64,000 nucleotides of DNA from Acutalibacteraceae bacterium (GCA_963606965.1 CAVDAL010000032.1:25-64024); one strand, 5' to 3'. Shown: positions 25,903 through 35,054, counted from the first letter of the stretch. Translations and numbers: made by a program. Notes: generated by a model not told the origin, from the letters alone.

Positions 25903-26289
25903 ATGACACAGAAGCAAAAAACATGGCTTATGCTTTTTATCGCAATAATTTGTGAAGTTACTGGCACAACATGCTTGAAGATGTCTGACAGCTTCACTCA
26001 TCCATATTATGCAATTGTCACAGTAATTGGCTTTGCAGCATCTTTTGCCTTATTTATCAAAGTGCTTGAACATATGTCATTAGGTCTGGCTTATGGCGTG
26101 TGGGGCGGTGTTGGCTCTGCATGTACAGTTGCTATTGGAATAATTTTGTGGGGCGATGCTTTAACCCCACTGATGTGCGCAGGTTTGTGCCTTGTTATTG
26201 TTGGCATAATCTTTTTGAATAAAGGCACAGACGAATTGGAAGAAAAACAGGCGAAAGCACTAAACAATCAAGATAATAAAGCTGAGTAA
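25903..26289 (+). CDS. SMR-family exporter subunit B (paired SMR) with a hydrophilic C-terminal tail
   Basis: IAIICEVTGTTCLK with the conserved Glu and 4 TM helices. Lies 5 nt after subunit A, the paired-SMR heterodimer arrangement. Confidence 0.8.
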   Translation: MTQKQKTWLMLFIAIICEVTGTTCLKMSDSFTHPYYAIVTVIGFAASFALFIKVLEHMSLGLAYGVWGGVGSACTVAIGIILWGDALTPLMCAGLCLVIVGIIFLNKGTDELEEKQAKALNNQDNKAE

Positions 26290-26309
26290 AAAGAATTGAG
26301 GAGATGAGC

Positions 26310-27731
26310 GTGGGCGGGTTTTTTGGAATTGCATCGAAAAAGGACTGTATGGGCGATGTCTTTTTTGGCATCGATTATCATTCGCACTTGGGCACTTATG
26401 CTGGCGGCATGGCAGCATGGGACAAAGAAATCGGCCTTCAGCGTCGAATTCATAGCATTAAAAATGCTCCATTTCGCACAAAGTTCAATGATATTTTCGA
26501 TGAGATGTGGGGCACGTCAGCAATAGGTAGCATAAGCGATACTCATCCGCAGCCGTTGCTTGTTCGCACGAAATTTGGCGCTTTTGCTATAAGCATGATT
26601 GGCGTTATTCAAAATGAAAAAGAGCTCATTGACATATGCTTGGAAAATGGCTGCTGCTTTGATGCTATGGCTGGTGGGCGCGTCAATCAAAATGAACTTA
26701 TTGCCGCTCTTATCAATACGCAAGATTCAATTGCAAGCGGCATTCAATTTGCTCAAGAAAAAGTTGAAGGCACTTTATCTTTGCTGATTTTGAAAGATGA
26801 TGGTTCAATTATTGCTGCACGCGACAAAGTTGGCAGACTTCCAATTCGCATTGGTAAAAATGAAGACGGTTTTGCTGTTGCTTTTGAAGCATATGCATAT
26901 CAAAAACTTGGCTTTGAAGATTATGGCGAACTAGGCCCTGGTGAAGTTGTTTCCATCACGCCTGAAGGGGTGACACAAATTGTTGCTCCTGGCAAAGAGA
27001 TGAAGATGTGTGCATTTTTGTGGAGCTATTATGGTTATCCGACTTCAACATATGAAGGTGAAAATGTTGAAATTATGCGTTATAGAAATGGCGCAATAAT
27101 GGCAAAGCATGATGCTGAATGCGGAAAGCTTGATGGCATAGATTATGTTGGTGGTGTTCCTGATAGCGGCACTCCGCATGCTATAGGTTTTGCTAATGAA
27201 AGTGGCATTCCTTTTGCTCGTGCTTTTGTTAAATATACTCCAACATGGCAGCGCAGCTTCATGCCAACTTCGCAAAAAGACCGCGACAAAGTTGCTTATA
27301 TGAAGCAAATTCTTATCAAAGAATTGATTGAAGATAAAAGCTTGCTTTTCGTTGATGATTCAATTGTTCGCGGCACGCAGTTGCGTGAAACAGTAAACTT
27401 TCTTTATGAAAATGGCGCGAAGGAAGTTCACATGCGTTCTGCTTGCCCGCCAATTATGTATGGCTGCAAGTATCTTAATTTTTCACGCGCAACAAGTGAC
27501 ATGGAACTTCTTGCGCGTCGCGTTATTGTTGAACTTGAAGGTGAGCAAGGCCTTGAACATATGGATGAATATGCATCAAGTTCTACAGAGCGTGGCAAAA
27601 ATATGCGACAAGCTATTTGTGATAAATTCAAGTTTACATCTTTAGATTTTCAAAGTGTTGAAGGCTTGGTTGAAGCTATTGGCTTAGAGCCTTGCAAACT
27701 GTGCACTTATTGCTGGACTGGTAAAGAATAG
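26310..27731 (+). CDS. purF: amidophosphoribosyltransferase-like protein lacking the N-terminal catalytic Cys
   Basis: N-terminus (M)GGFFGIASKKDC..GIDYHSHLGT aligns with the PurF CGI(V/F)G start, but Gly replaces Cys1. PRPP-binding loop LLFVDDSIVRGTQ is present. SD GAGGAG sits 6 nt before GTG 26310 (ATG 26304 is the alternative). Lies directly upstream of purL. Confidence 0.7.
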   Translation: MGGFFGIASKKDCMGDVFFGIDYHSHLGTYAGGMAAWDKEIGLQRRIHSIKNAPFRTKFNDIFDEMWGTSAIGSISDTHPQPLLVRTKFGAFAISMIGVIQNEKELIDICLENGCCFDAMAGGRVNQNELIAALINTQDSIASGIQFAQEKVEGTLSLLILKDDGSIIAARDKVGRLPIRIGKNEDGFAVAFEAYAYQKLGFEDYGELGPGEVVSITPEGVTQIVAPGKEMKMCAFLWSYYGYPTSTYEGENVEIMRYRNGAIMAKHDAECGKLDGIDYVGGVPDSGTPHAIGFANESGIPFARAFVKYTPTWQRSFMPTSQKDRDKVAYMKQILIKELIEDKSLLFVDDSIVRGTQLRETVNFLYENGAKEVHMRSACPPIMYGCKYLNFSRATSDMELLARRVIVELEGEQGLEHMDEYASSSTERGKNMRQAICDKFKFTSLDFQSVEGLVEAIGLEPCKLCTYCWTGKE

Positions 27732-27746
27732 GATAGGAGAGCGTTC

Positions 27747-30700
27747 ATGGTTTCACGTGTTTATGTTGAAAAGAAGCCCGGTTTTGATATTGAAGCGCAG
27801 CAGCTTTGTGCAGAATTGCAAAATATTCTGCAGGTCAAAAGCTTGAGTGCTTTGCGCATTATCAATAGATATGACGTTGAAGGAATAAGTGAAGAGCTTT
27901 TTGAATCTTGCGTTCCTACTGTTTTCAGCGAGCCACAAACAGATATAGCATTTTTTGAATTGCCACAAAGCAAGCAGATGTTTGCTGTTGAATATCTACC
28001 AGGGCAGTTTGACCAGCGCGCAGACAGCGCTAGTGAATGCATTCAGCTTATTAGCCAAGGTGAACGCCCAACTGTTCGTTCAGCAAAAATTTATATTCTG
28101 GAAGGCGAACTTAGCGAAGACGAAATTGCTTCAATCAAAAATTATGTAATCAATCCAATTGAATCGCGTGAAGCAAGTTTTGACGAATTCCAAACGCTAA
28201 AGATGGAATATGTTGAGCCTGACGATGTTGAAATTGTCGATGGATTCATTGAATTTAACAAAGATGAATTGGCTGCTTTTATTGATGAGCGCGGTCTTGC
28301 AATGGACTTGGCAGACATAATATTTTTCCAGAGTTATTTCAAGGAACAAGGTCGTAACCCAAGCATTACTGAAGTTAAGCTTGTTGACACATATTGGTCT
28401 GACCATTGCAGGCATACAACATTTGGCACAATTCTTGAAAATATTGAAATCAATGATGCTCGTGTCCAGGATTCATTTGAGCGCTATTTGGAAATTCGTG
28501 AAGAGCTTGGTCGTGAAAAAAAGCCAATCTGTTTGATGGATTTGGGGACAATTGGCGCTAAATATTTGAAGCATAAAGGCATTCTTACAAATTTAGATGA
28601 ATCTGAAGAAATCAATGCTTGTACTGTTAAAGTCAAAGTTGATGTTGATGGTAAAGATGAAGACTGGCTTTATTTATTCAAGAATGAAACTCATAATCAT
28701 CCAACAGAAGTTGAGCCATTTGGTGGTGCTGCGACATGTGTTGGTGGCGCAATTCGCGACCCTCTTTCAGGACGCAGTTATGTTTATCAATCAATGCGCA
28801 TTACAGGTGCTGCCAACCCACTAAAGCCGGTTTCAGAAACTTTGCCTGGTAAGCTGCCACAGCGCAAGCTTGTAACAACAGCTGCTGCTGGTTTTTCAAG
28901 CTATGGCAACCAGATTGGTTTAGCGACTGGCCAAGTGCAAGAACTTTATCATCCGGGATACGCTGCAAAGCGCATGGAAATTGGCGCTGTTGTTGGAGCA
29001 ACACCTGCAGATCATGTTCGTCGTGAAACTCCTATCCCAGGGGACGTTATTGTTTTGCTTGGTGGGCGCACAGGTCGCGATGGTATTGGCGGCGCAACTG
29101 GTTCATCAAAAGCTCATACATCAAGCAGTTTGGAAACTTGTGGAGCTGAAGTTCAAAAAGGTAATGCTCCTGTCGAACGCAAATTGCAAAGGCTTTTCCG
29201 TCGTGGCGATGCTTGCAAACTTATCAAACGCTGCAATGATTTTGGAGCTGGCGGAGTTAGCGTTGCAACAGGAGAGCTTGCAGATGGCCTGCAAATAAAT
29301 TTGGATGCTGTTCCAAAGAAATATGAAGGCTTGGATGGCACTGAACTTGCAATCGCTGAAAGTCAAGAGCGCATGGCTGTTGTATTAGCTGCTAAAGACG
29401 TTGATGAATTCTTAAGCTATGCAAAAGAAGAAAATTTGGAAGCGACGCCAATTGCTGAAGTTACTGAGTCTCCAAGGCTTTGCATGAATTGGCGAGGGAA
29501 GAAAATTGTCGATGTCAGTCGCAAGTTTTTGAATTCAAATGGTGCGCCAAAGTTTGCAAATGTTTGCGTTCCTGTTCAAGGCGACTATAAGCCTGCATGG
29601 GAAGGCAGCAACTTTGAACAGCGCATGAATTCGCTGGTAAAGGACTTAAATGTTTGTTCAAACAAAGGCTTGGTTGAAAGGTTTGATTCAACAATTGGTG
29701 CAGCAACTGTCATGATGCCATTTGGTGGTAAAAAGCAGTTGACACCAAGCATGGCTATGGTTGCAAAGATGCCAGTAGATGGAGAGACAACAACATGCTC
29801 TGGTATGGCTTGGGGCTTTAATCCTTACTTGGCTGAAAAAGACCAATATTCTGGCGCATATTTGGCTGTTTTGGAAAGCTTGTCAAAGCTGGTTGCTGCT
29901 GGCTTTAGTCGCAAGAGCGCATATTTTACATTCCAAGAATATTATGGAAAGCTGCGCGATGAAGATGAACGTTGGGGCATGCCTTTTGCTGCACTTCTTG
30001 GTGCCTTGGATGCTCAGCTTGATTTGGAAGTTGCATCTATTGGTGGTAAAGATTCAATGAGTGGTAGCTTTGAAGATTTGGATGTTCCGCCAACTCTTGT
30101 TAGCTTTGCAACAGCAACTGGAAGCATTGATAATATTTGTTCTGCTGAATTCAAAAATGATAATTCAGAAGTTGTATTTATAACGCCAACGCATAATCCA
30201 TCAATTATGCCAGTTGCACAAGATTTGCAAGTAATCCTTGATTTTGTTAGCGAACTAATTGCAAGCGGCAAAGTTGTTGCTGCATCAACTCCTAGCTTTG
30301 GCGGTATTGCAGAAGCTTTATTCAAGATGTGCCTTGGTAATGAAATTGGCTTCAAGCTTAATGAAGCTATTAACCCAGACAGTCTGTTTGAGCTTGCATA
30401 TGGCAGCTTTATTTTGGAACTTAAAGACGGTGTTGCGCTTGATGATATTCCAGAAGAAATTGCTCTTGTTAATTTGGGTACAACTTGCAAAGATTATGTC
30501 ATGCAATATGCTGGTGGCACAATCGACTTGCACAAATTGCAAGAAGTTTGGGAAGAAAAACTTGAATCTGTTTATCCATATCGCAAGAATGGTGAAAGTG
30601 TAAAACAGATTAGCGACGACTCACATTTGCCTCTTGTTTATAATGGCGAACTTGCAAAGCCTCGTGTTGTTATTCCAGTATTCCCTGGAACAAATTGCGA

Positions 30701-31457
30701 ATATGATACAGCTCGTGCATTCAGACGTGCAGGTGCTGAAGCTGAAGTTTTTGTCATAAATAACTTGAGCCCACAAGCTGTAGCGCAAAGTGCAGATGAG
30801 TTTGCAAAATTAATTTCACAAAGCCAAATTATTATGATTCCAGGCGGTTTTTCTGGTGGCGATGAACCTGATGGCTCAGCAAAATTGATAACAGCATTCT
30901 TCCGTGCTCCTCGCGTGACAGAAGCCGTGCGTGACTTGCTGCAGAATCGCGATGGCTTAATGCTTGGCATTTGCAATGGCTTCCAAGCTCTTATCAAGCT
31001 TGGTCTTGTTCCATTTGGTGATATTAAAGAAATGGATGAAGATTGTCCGACTTTGACATTTAATACAATCGGCAGACATCAAAGCCGTCTTGTTCGCACT
31101 CGTATTGCATCAAACTTGAGCCCATGGCTTAGCCGCTGCAATGTTGGTGACATTCACACTCTTGCAATTAGTCATGGTGAAGGTCGCTTTGTTGCAAGCG
31201 ATGCTTTGCTTGAACAGATGCTAAAGCAAGGACAAATTGCAACTCAATATGTTGATGAAAATGGCAACCCGTCAATGAATTGGGATGTCAACCCTAATGG
31301 CTCTGTTCTTTCGATTGAAGGAATTACAAGCCCTGATGGCAGAGTGTTTGGCAAGATGGGGCATACAGAGCGCAGCGCAAATGGCTTATATAAAAATGTG
31401 CCTGGCAACACTTTCCAAGAGCTTTTTGAAGGCGGCGTGGAATATTTCACAGCATAA
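27747..31457 (+). CDS. purL: phosphoribosylformylglycinamidine synthase, single-chain large form
   Basis: 1236 aa. FGAM synthase blocks DTYWSDHCRHTTF and NETHNHPTEVEPFGGAATCVGGAIRD. C-terminal glutaminase with GICNGFQAL (nucleophile Cys) and the H..E triad region. Confidence 0.9.
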   Translation: MVSRVYVEKKPGFDIEAQQLCAELQNILQVKSLSALRIINRYDVEGISEELFESCVPTVFSEPQTDIAFFELPQSKQMFAVEYLPGQFDQRADSASECIQLISQGERPTVRSAKIYILEGELSEDEIASIKNYVINPIESREASFDEFQTLKMEYVEPDDVEIVDGFIEFNKDELAAFIDERGLAMDLADIIFFQSYFKEQGRNPSITEVKLVDTYWSDHCRHTTFGTILENIEINDARVQDSFERYLEIREELGREKKPICLMDLGTIGAKYLKHKGILTNLDESEEINACTVKVKVDVDGKDEDWLYLFKNETHNHPTEVEPFGGAATCVGGAIRDPLSGRSYVYQSMRITGAANPLKPVSETLPGKLPQRKLVTTAAAGFSSYGNQIGLATGQVQELYHPGYAAKRMEIGAVVGATPADHVRRETPIPGDVIVLLGGRTGRDGIGGATGSSKAHTSSSLETCGAEVQKGNAPVERKLQRLFRRGDACKLIKRCNDFGAGGVSVATGELADGLQINLDAVPKKYEGLDGTELAIAESQERMAVVLAAKDVDEFLSYAKEENLEATPIAEVTESPRLCMNWRGKKIVDVSRKFLNSNGAPKFANVCVPVQGDYKPAWEGSNFEQRMNSLVKDLNVCSNKGLVERFDSTIGAATVMMPFGGKKQLTPSMAMVAKMPVDGETTTCSGMAWGFNPYLAEKDQYSGAYLAVLESLSKLVAAGFSRKSAYFTFQEYYGKLRDEDERWGMPFAALLGALDAQLDLEVASIGGKDSMSGSFEDLDVPPTLVSFATATGSIDNICSAEFKNDNSEVVFITPTHNPSIMPVAQDLQVILDFVSELIASGKVVAASTPSFGGIAEALFKMCLGNEIGFKLNEAINPDSLFELAYGSFILELKDGVALDDIPEEIALVNLGTTCKDYVMQYAGGTIDLHKLQEVWEEKLESVYPYRKNGESVKQISDDSHLPLVYNGELAKPRVVIPVFPGTNCEYDTARAFRRAGAEAEVFVINNLSPQAVAQSADEFAKLISQSQIIMIPGGFSGGDEPDGSAKLITAFFRAPRVTEAVRDLLQNRDGLMLGICNGFQALIKLGLVPFGDIKEMDEDCPTLTFNTIGRHQSRLVRTRIASNLSPWLSRCNVGDIHTLAISHGEGRFVASDALLEQMLKQGQIATQYVDENGNPSMNWDVNPNGSVLSIEGITSPDGRVFGKMGHTERSANGLYKNVPGNTFQELFEGGVEYFTA

Positions 31458-31479
31458 GTTTTTGAGCTAAATAGATTTG

Positions 31480-31511
31480 CGAGGCTAGCTAAATGCTGGC
31501 CTCGTTTTTTA
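31480..31511 (+). terminator. rho-independent terminator after purL
   Basis: 10-bp stem CGAGGCTAGC / GCTGGCCTCG (one G-U pair) with a 5-nt loop, followed by TTTTTTAT. Confidence 0.7.
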
Positions 31512-31560
31512 TGCTGCAATATCGTTCACCGGATAATTTTGACATAATTTTCATAATTAC

Positions 31561-31588
31561 TTCACATATTGGTTTAGCGTGATATACT
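31561..31588 (+). promoter_or_regulatory. candidate promoter of the glycine-riboswitch leader
   Basis: TTCACA (31561-31566), 16 nt, TATACT (31583-31588) with TG two bases upstream (extended -10-like). Confidence 0.4.
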
Positions 31589-31658
31589 CGCCGAGTTGTA
31601 AATTACATAAATCCTATGAAGCAGGTTGAATTCTTTTGAAAACAGTCTGTGGAGGAAC

Positions 31659-31739
31659 CTCTGGAGAACCTCACAAAATGTGAGTACCGAAGGTGCAAGG
31701 CTTGGAAACAAGCTGAAACTCTCAGGTAAAAGGACAGAG
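31659..31739 (+). promoter_or_regulatory. glycine riboswitch, single aptamer
   Basis: CUCUGGAGAAcc...GUACCGAAGGUGCAAgg...ACUCUCAGGUAAAAGGACAGAG matches the conserved glycine-aptamer blocks (CUCUGGAGAG / ACCGAAGGGGCAA / CUCAGGCAAAAGGAC). P1 is CUCUG/CAGAG. Only one ACCGAAGG core is present. The downstream gene is a sodium:alanine/glycine symporter, a classic regulon member. Confidence 0.8.
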
Positions 31740-31776
31740 CAAACATAGACTTACATGTCGTGCTTGCAAATTCTCC

Positions 31777-31803
31777 AGAGCTGTTTATACAGCTCTTTTT
31801 TTA
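31777..31803 (+). terminator. expression-platform terminator of the glycine riboswitch
   Basis: AGAGCTGT / ACAGCTCT 8-bp stem with a TTAT loop, followed by TTTTTTT. Ends 20 nt before the SD/ATG of agcS. Confidence 0.75.
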
Positions 31804-31822
31804 TGTCGAAAGGAGAACAAGG

Positions 31823-33241
31823 ATGCTGTTACAGATAGTACAAACTATCAATTCGTATTTGTCGGATTATGTTTTGGTCATTTTGCTTATTGGCGTTGGC
31901 CTTTGGTTCACTATTCGCACTCGCTTTGTGCAGGTGCGCTGCTTTGGTGAAGGTATGCGCAGACTTTTTGGTAACTTCAGCTTGCGCGGCAAAAAGCATG
32001 ATAGTGGAATGAGTTCATTCCAAGCTTTAGCAACTGCAATTGCAGCACAGGTTGGTACTGGTAATATCATTGGTGCTTCTGGTGCGATTTTGACAGGTGG
32101 CCCTGGCGCGATTTTTTGGATGTGGATTATCGCATTCTTTGGCATGGCAACAAATTATGCTGAAGCAACACTTGCACAAAAGACTCGTAAAGTTGGCGAA
32201 GATGGGGAAGTTAAAGGTGGTCCTGTCTATTACATTCGCACAGCTTTTACTGGCGGCTTTGGTAAGTTTTTGGCTGGATTTTTTGCTGTTGCAATTACAT
32301 TAGCTTTAGGCTTCTTTGGCTGCATGGTTCAATCAAATTCAATTGGTTCAACTTTGGAAAATGCAATTGGAATTCCAACATGGGTTATGGGCATTATTCT
32401 TGTTTTAATTTGCGCTGTAATCTTTCTTGGTGGAGTTAACAGACTTGCTTCTGTAACAGAAAAACTTGTCCCACTGATGGCAATGATTTTCTTGATTGGT
32501 AGCTTATTTGTTTTGATTGTTCGCATTAAATATATTCCAGAAACATTCTATTTGATTTTTAAATATGCGTTCCACCCAGACGCAATTATTGGCGGCGGTA
32601 TTGGCTATGCTCTTAAAACTGCAATCAGCCAAGGTGCAAAGCGCGGCCTGTTTTCAAATGAAGCTGGCATGGGTTCAACTCCACATGCTCATGCTCTTGC
32701 AAATGTTAAAAAGCCACATGATCAAGGCGTTATGGCAATGATGGGTGTTTTCATCGATACATTTGTTGTTTTGACTTTGAATGCTTTGGTTATCATTTCA
32801 ACAATGTATGCAGGCGACGGCATTTTAGCTGGTGGCTATACTGACAGCCTTGTTGACATAATTGGTAAGTCGAATTTGGCGCAGATGGCATTCGGTACTG
32901 TTATGGGTGAAAAGTTCGGCTCTATCTTTGTTGCTGTTTGCTTGTTCTTCTTTGCATTCTCTACAATTTTAAGCTGGAATTTGTTCGGCAAAATTAATGT
33001 TAAATATATGTTTGAAAAATTCCTTGGCAAAAAGAGCACAATCATTTATACAGTAATTGCACTTATCTTTATTTTCATTGGCACGCTTGCTTCAAATGAT
33101 CTTGTTTGGGAACTTTCAGATATGTTTAACCAGCTGATGGTTATTCCAAATGCACTTGCACTATTTGCATTAACAAAGCTTGTTATCAGCGCTGTTAATG
33201 AAGGATATGCTGAAAAGAAAAAGCAAAAAGAAGAAAAATAA
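31823..33241 (+). CDS. agcS: sodium:alanine (glycine) symporter, AGCS family
   Basis: Polytopic AGCS pattern: SSFQALATAIAAQVGTGNIIGASGAI, GGPGAIFWMW, NEAGMGSTPHAHA. SD AAAGGAGAA precedes the ATG at 31823. The track start at 31760 lies inside the riboswitch platform. Confidence 0.85.
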   Translation: MLLQIVQTINSYLSDYVLVILLIGVGLWFTIRTRFVQVRCFGEGMRRLFGNFSLRGKKHDSGMSSFQALATAIAAQVGTGNIIGASGAILTGGPGAIFWMWIIAFFGMATNYAEATLAQKTRKVGEDGEVKGGPVYYIRTAFTGGFGKFLAGFFAVAITLALGFFGCMVQSNSIGSTLENAIGIPTWVMGIILVLICAVIFLGGVNRLASVTEKLVPLMAMIFLIGSLFVLIVRIKYIPETFYLIFKYAFHPDAIIGGGIGYALKTAISQGAKRGLFSNEAGMGSTPHAHALANVKKPHDQGVMAMMGVFIDTFVVLTLNALVIISTMYAGDGILAGGYTDSLVDIIGKSNLAQMAFGTVMGEKFGSIFVAVCLFFFAFSTILSWNLFGKINVKYMFEKFLGKKSTIIYTVIALIFIFIGTLASNDLVWELSDMFNQLMVIPNALALFALTKLVISAVNEGYAEKKKQKEEK

Positions 33242-33271
33242 TAAATTCTTGTTGCTGATATTTTGAAGATG

Positions 33272-33301
33272 AAAGCGCCGCATTTTTTGCGGCGCTTTTT
33301 T
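33272..33301. terminator. bidirectional terminator between agcS and the convergent SufS-like gene
   Basis: AAAGCGCCGC / GCGGCGCTTT 10-bp stem flanked by an A-run and a T-run. Confidence 0.7.
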
Positions 33302-35054
33302 AATTTTTGCAAATTGATATTAAAACATTCAAGAACTTATCAATGTCTTCAAAACTGTTATAGCATGCAATAGATGCACGAACTGTTGAATCAAAACCAA
33401 GAGAATTAAGATATGGTTGCGCGCAGTGACGCCCAGAGCGTACTGCAATTCCATAGCTGTCTAGAATTTGTGCGCATTTATATGAAGACATGCCATCTAC
33501 AACAAAAGATATGGCTCCAATGCGTTCAGAACTTCTGCCAAATATTTTAATTTTTGGAATTTCTTCTAATCCCGATTGAATTTTATCCATAAGTTTTTGC
33601 TCATGATTTATGCGTGAATCTTCATCTATTAAAGTCCAAAAATTAATTGCAGCAGCAAGAGAAATTGCACCGTCAATAGGGGGAGTTCCAGGCTCGAACC
33701 GTTCAATTCCATTGCGCAAGATAAATGAACTTGTTGTGACATTTTCAACAGTTCCTCCTCCAAAAGTGCATGGCTGAAGTGTTTTTAAAAGCTCACTTTT
33801 AACCCAAAGTGCTCCAACTCCTGCAAGAGAACCAAGCTTGTGACCAGAAAATGCATACATATCACAATCAAGCTCTTTTGGCTTGTGACATGCATGGACT
33901 GCCCCTTGCGCTCCATCTATGATAATTATTGCATCTGATTTCTTCCTGGCTATGCTTGTGAGTTTCTGGTGTGGTATAGAGATTCCAGAAACATTTGAAA
34001 GCTGTGTAAATGAAAGAATGGCTGTGTTTTCGTCAATGATTTCATTAGCACTTTCTATGTTTAAAGTTCCATCTTCAAGCACTGGGATTATGCGAAGTTC
34101 ACAAGATTTTTCTTTAGCTAAATTCATCCAAGGAAGCAAATTTGAATGATGTTCCATTTCAGTTATGACAATATTTGATTTTTTGCCAAGTTTATTGCTT
34201 AGCATCCTTGCAGCTTTATTAAGCCCGTCGCTTGTGCCATAAGTAAAGATGAGTTCTTCTGCTTTAACATCTAAAAATTTTGCAACTTGCATTCTTGCTG
34301 AATCAAAAGCATCTGAACAAAGCTGAGACAATTTGTGTGTGCCTCTGTGGACATTTGAATAATTGCCTTGGCGCAGTTTGGTAATGCTTTGAATAACTTT
34401 TTGCGGCATCTGCATGCTGGCAGCATTATCCAAATAAACAAGACTGTGCCCATTAATTTCTTGCTGGAAAGCGCGAAATTGCAAGCGCAAAGCTTCATAA
34501 TCAAAGCATGATAAATTTTGTTTTTTGGAAGCGGCGACCTTATCTTGTGGGCTTTCATTGTGCATCACTGCAACTGCACAATTTTTGCCTGTACATTTTT
34601 TGATTGCTTCTATTAAGACATCAGCTAATTCGCTAATATTTTCCGCAAGGGCTGCCTTCATTGTGTCAAGCTTCACATTAAAATCGTTTTGAATCGCCAT
34701 CATCAGCAGAGCTTGTTTTGTATCAAGCGTACTTGCTCCATCACAAGTGGCAGAACGCAAAGATTCTTTAGCTAATTTTGGGTTTAATTTAAAAGCTTTA
34801 TCAATGCTTTTTTGTGTCAATTTGTCAAAGTCACAATTGCATTTTAATGTGTCGGCAAGTTCCAAAAGGTCAAATTTTGCGAGTATATAAAGCTTTAATT
34901 GCTCATCTATATAATCTTTTGAATAATTGTTCGACTGCACATTCTTAAGTATATTATTTGTGCAAGCAGAGGCTACTGACTCTCGCTTTTCAGTAGCCTC
35001 ATTTTTTATTTGCGTTGCCTGTTTCATAAGTGAAAATGTAGAAAATTTATGCAA
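33300..35054 (-). CDS. SufS/CsdA-type cysteine desulfurase with a ~185-aa N-terminal extension (carrier-protein-like helical segment)
   Basis: YLDNAASMQ, SNVHRGTHKLS, MEHHSNLLPW, PLP lysine in FSGHKLGSLAGVGALW, FEPGTPP, active-site RSGRHCAQP. The N-terminal extension contains CDGASTLDTKQALLMMAIQNDF. 8-nt overlap with the upstream gene. Confidence 0.75.
   Translation of the reverse strand: MHKFSTFSLMKQATQIKNEATEKRESVASACTNNILKNVQSNNYSKDYIDEQLKLYILAKFDLLELADTLKCNCDFDKLTQKSIDKAFKLNPKLAKESLRSATCDGASTLDTKQALLMMAIQNDFNVKLDTMKAALAENISELADVLIEAIKKCTGKNCAVAVMHNESPQDKVAASKKQNLSCFDYEALRLQFRAFQQEINGHSLVYLDNAASMQMPQKVIQSITKLRQGNYSNVHRGTHKLSQLCSDAFDSARMQVAKFLDVKAEELIFTYGTSDGLNKAARMLSNKLGKKSNIVITEMEHHSNLLPWMNLAKEKSCELRIIPVLEDGTLNIESANEIIDENTAILSFTQLSNVSGISIPHQKLTSIARKKSDAIIIIDGAQGAVHACHKPKELDCDMYAFSGHKLGSLAGVGALWVKSELLKTLQPCTFGGGTVENVTTSSFILRNGIERFEPGTPPIDGAISLAAAINFWTLIDEDSRINHEQKLMDKIQSGLEEIPKIKIFGRSSERIGAISFVVDGMSSYKCAQILDSYGIAVRSGRHCAQPYLNSLGFDSTVRASIACYNSFEDIDKFLNVLISICKN

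Noticed and set aside
30014-30490. Long antisense ORFs in the track (for example 30014-30490 inside purL, 46610-47047 inside tsf, 57503-57970 inside hydG, 61333-61785 across gltD-like/hydA, 6347-6811 inside DUF2207, 10643-11408 inside the FNT gene).
   Set aside because: Each lies fully inside and opposite to a CDS with strong family motifs. They have low-complexity or Cys/Phe/Leu-rich composition typical of the antisense frame of AT-rich genes, and lack SD sequences or recognisable motifs.
31760-31822. Track start at 31760 for the symporter ORF (extra 21 codons).
   Set aside because: The extension would be translated through the riboswitch terminator hairpin and T-tract. A proper SD (AAAGGAGAA) precedes the ATG at 31823.
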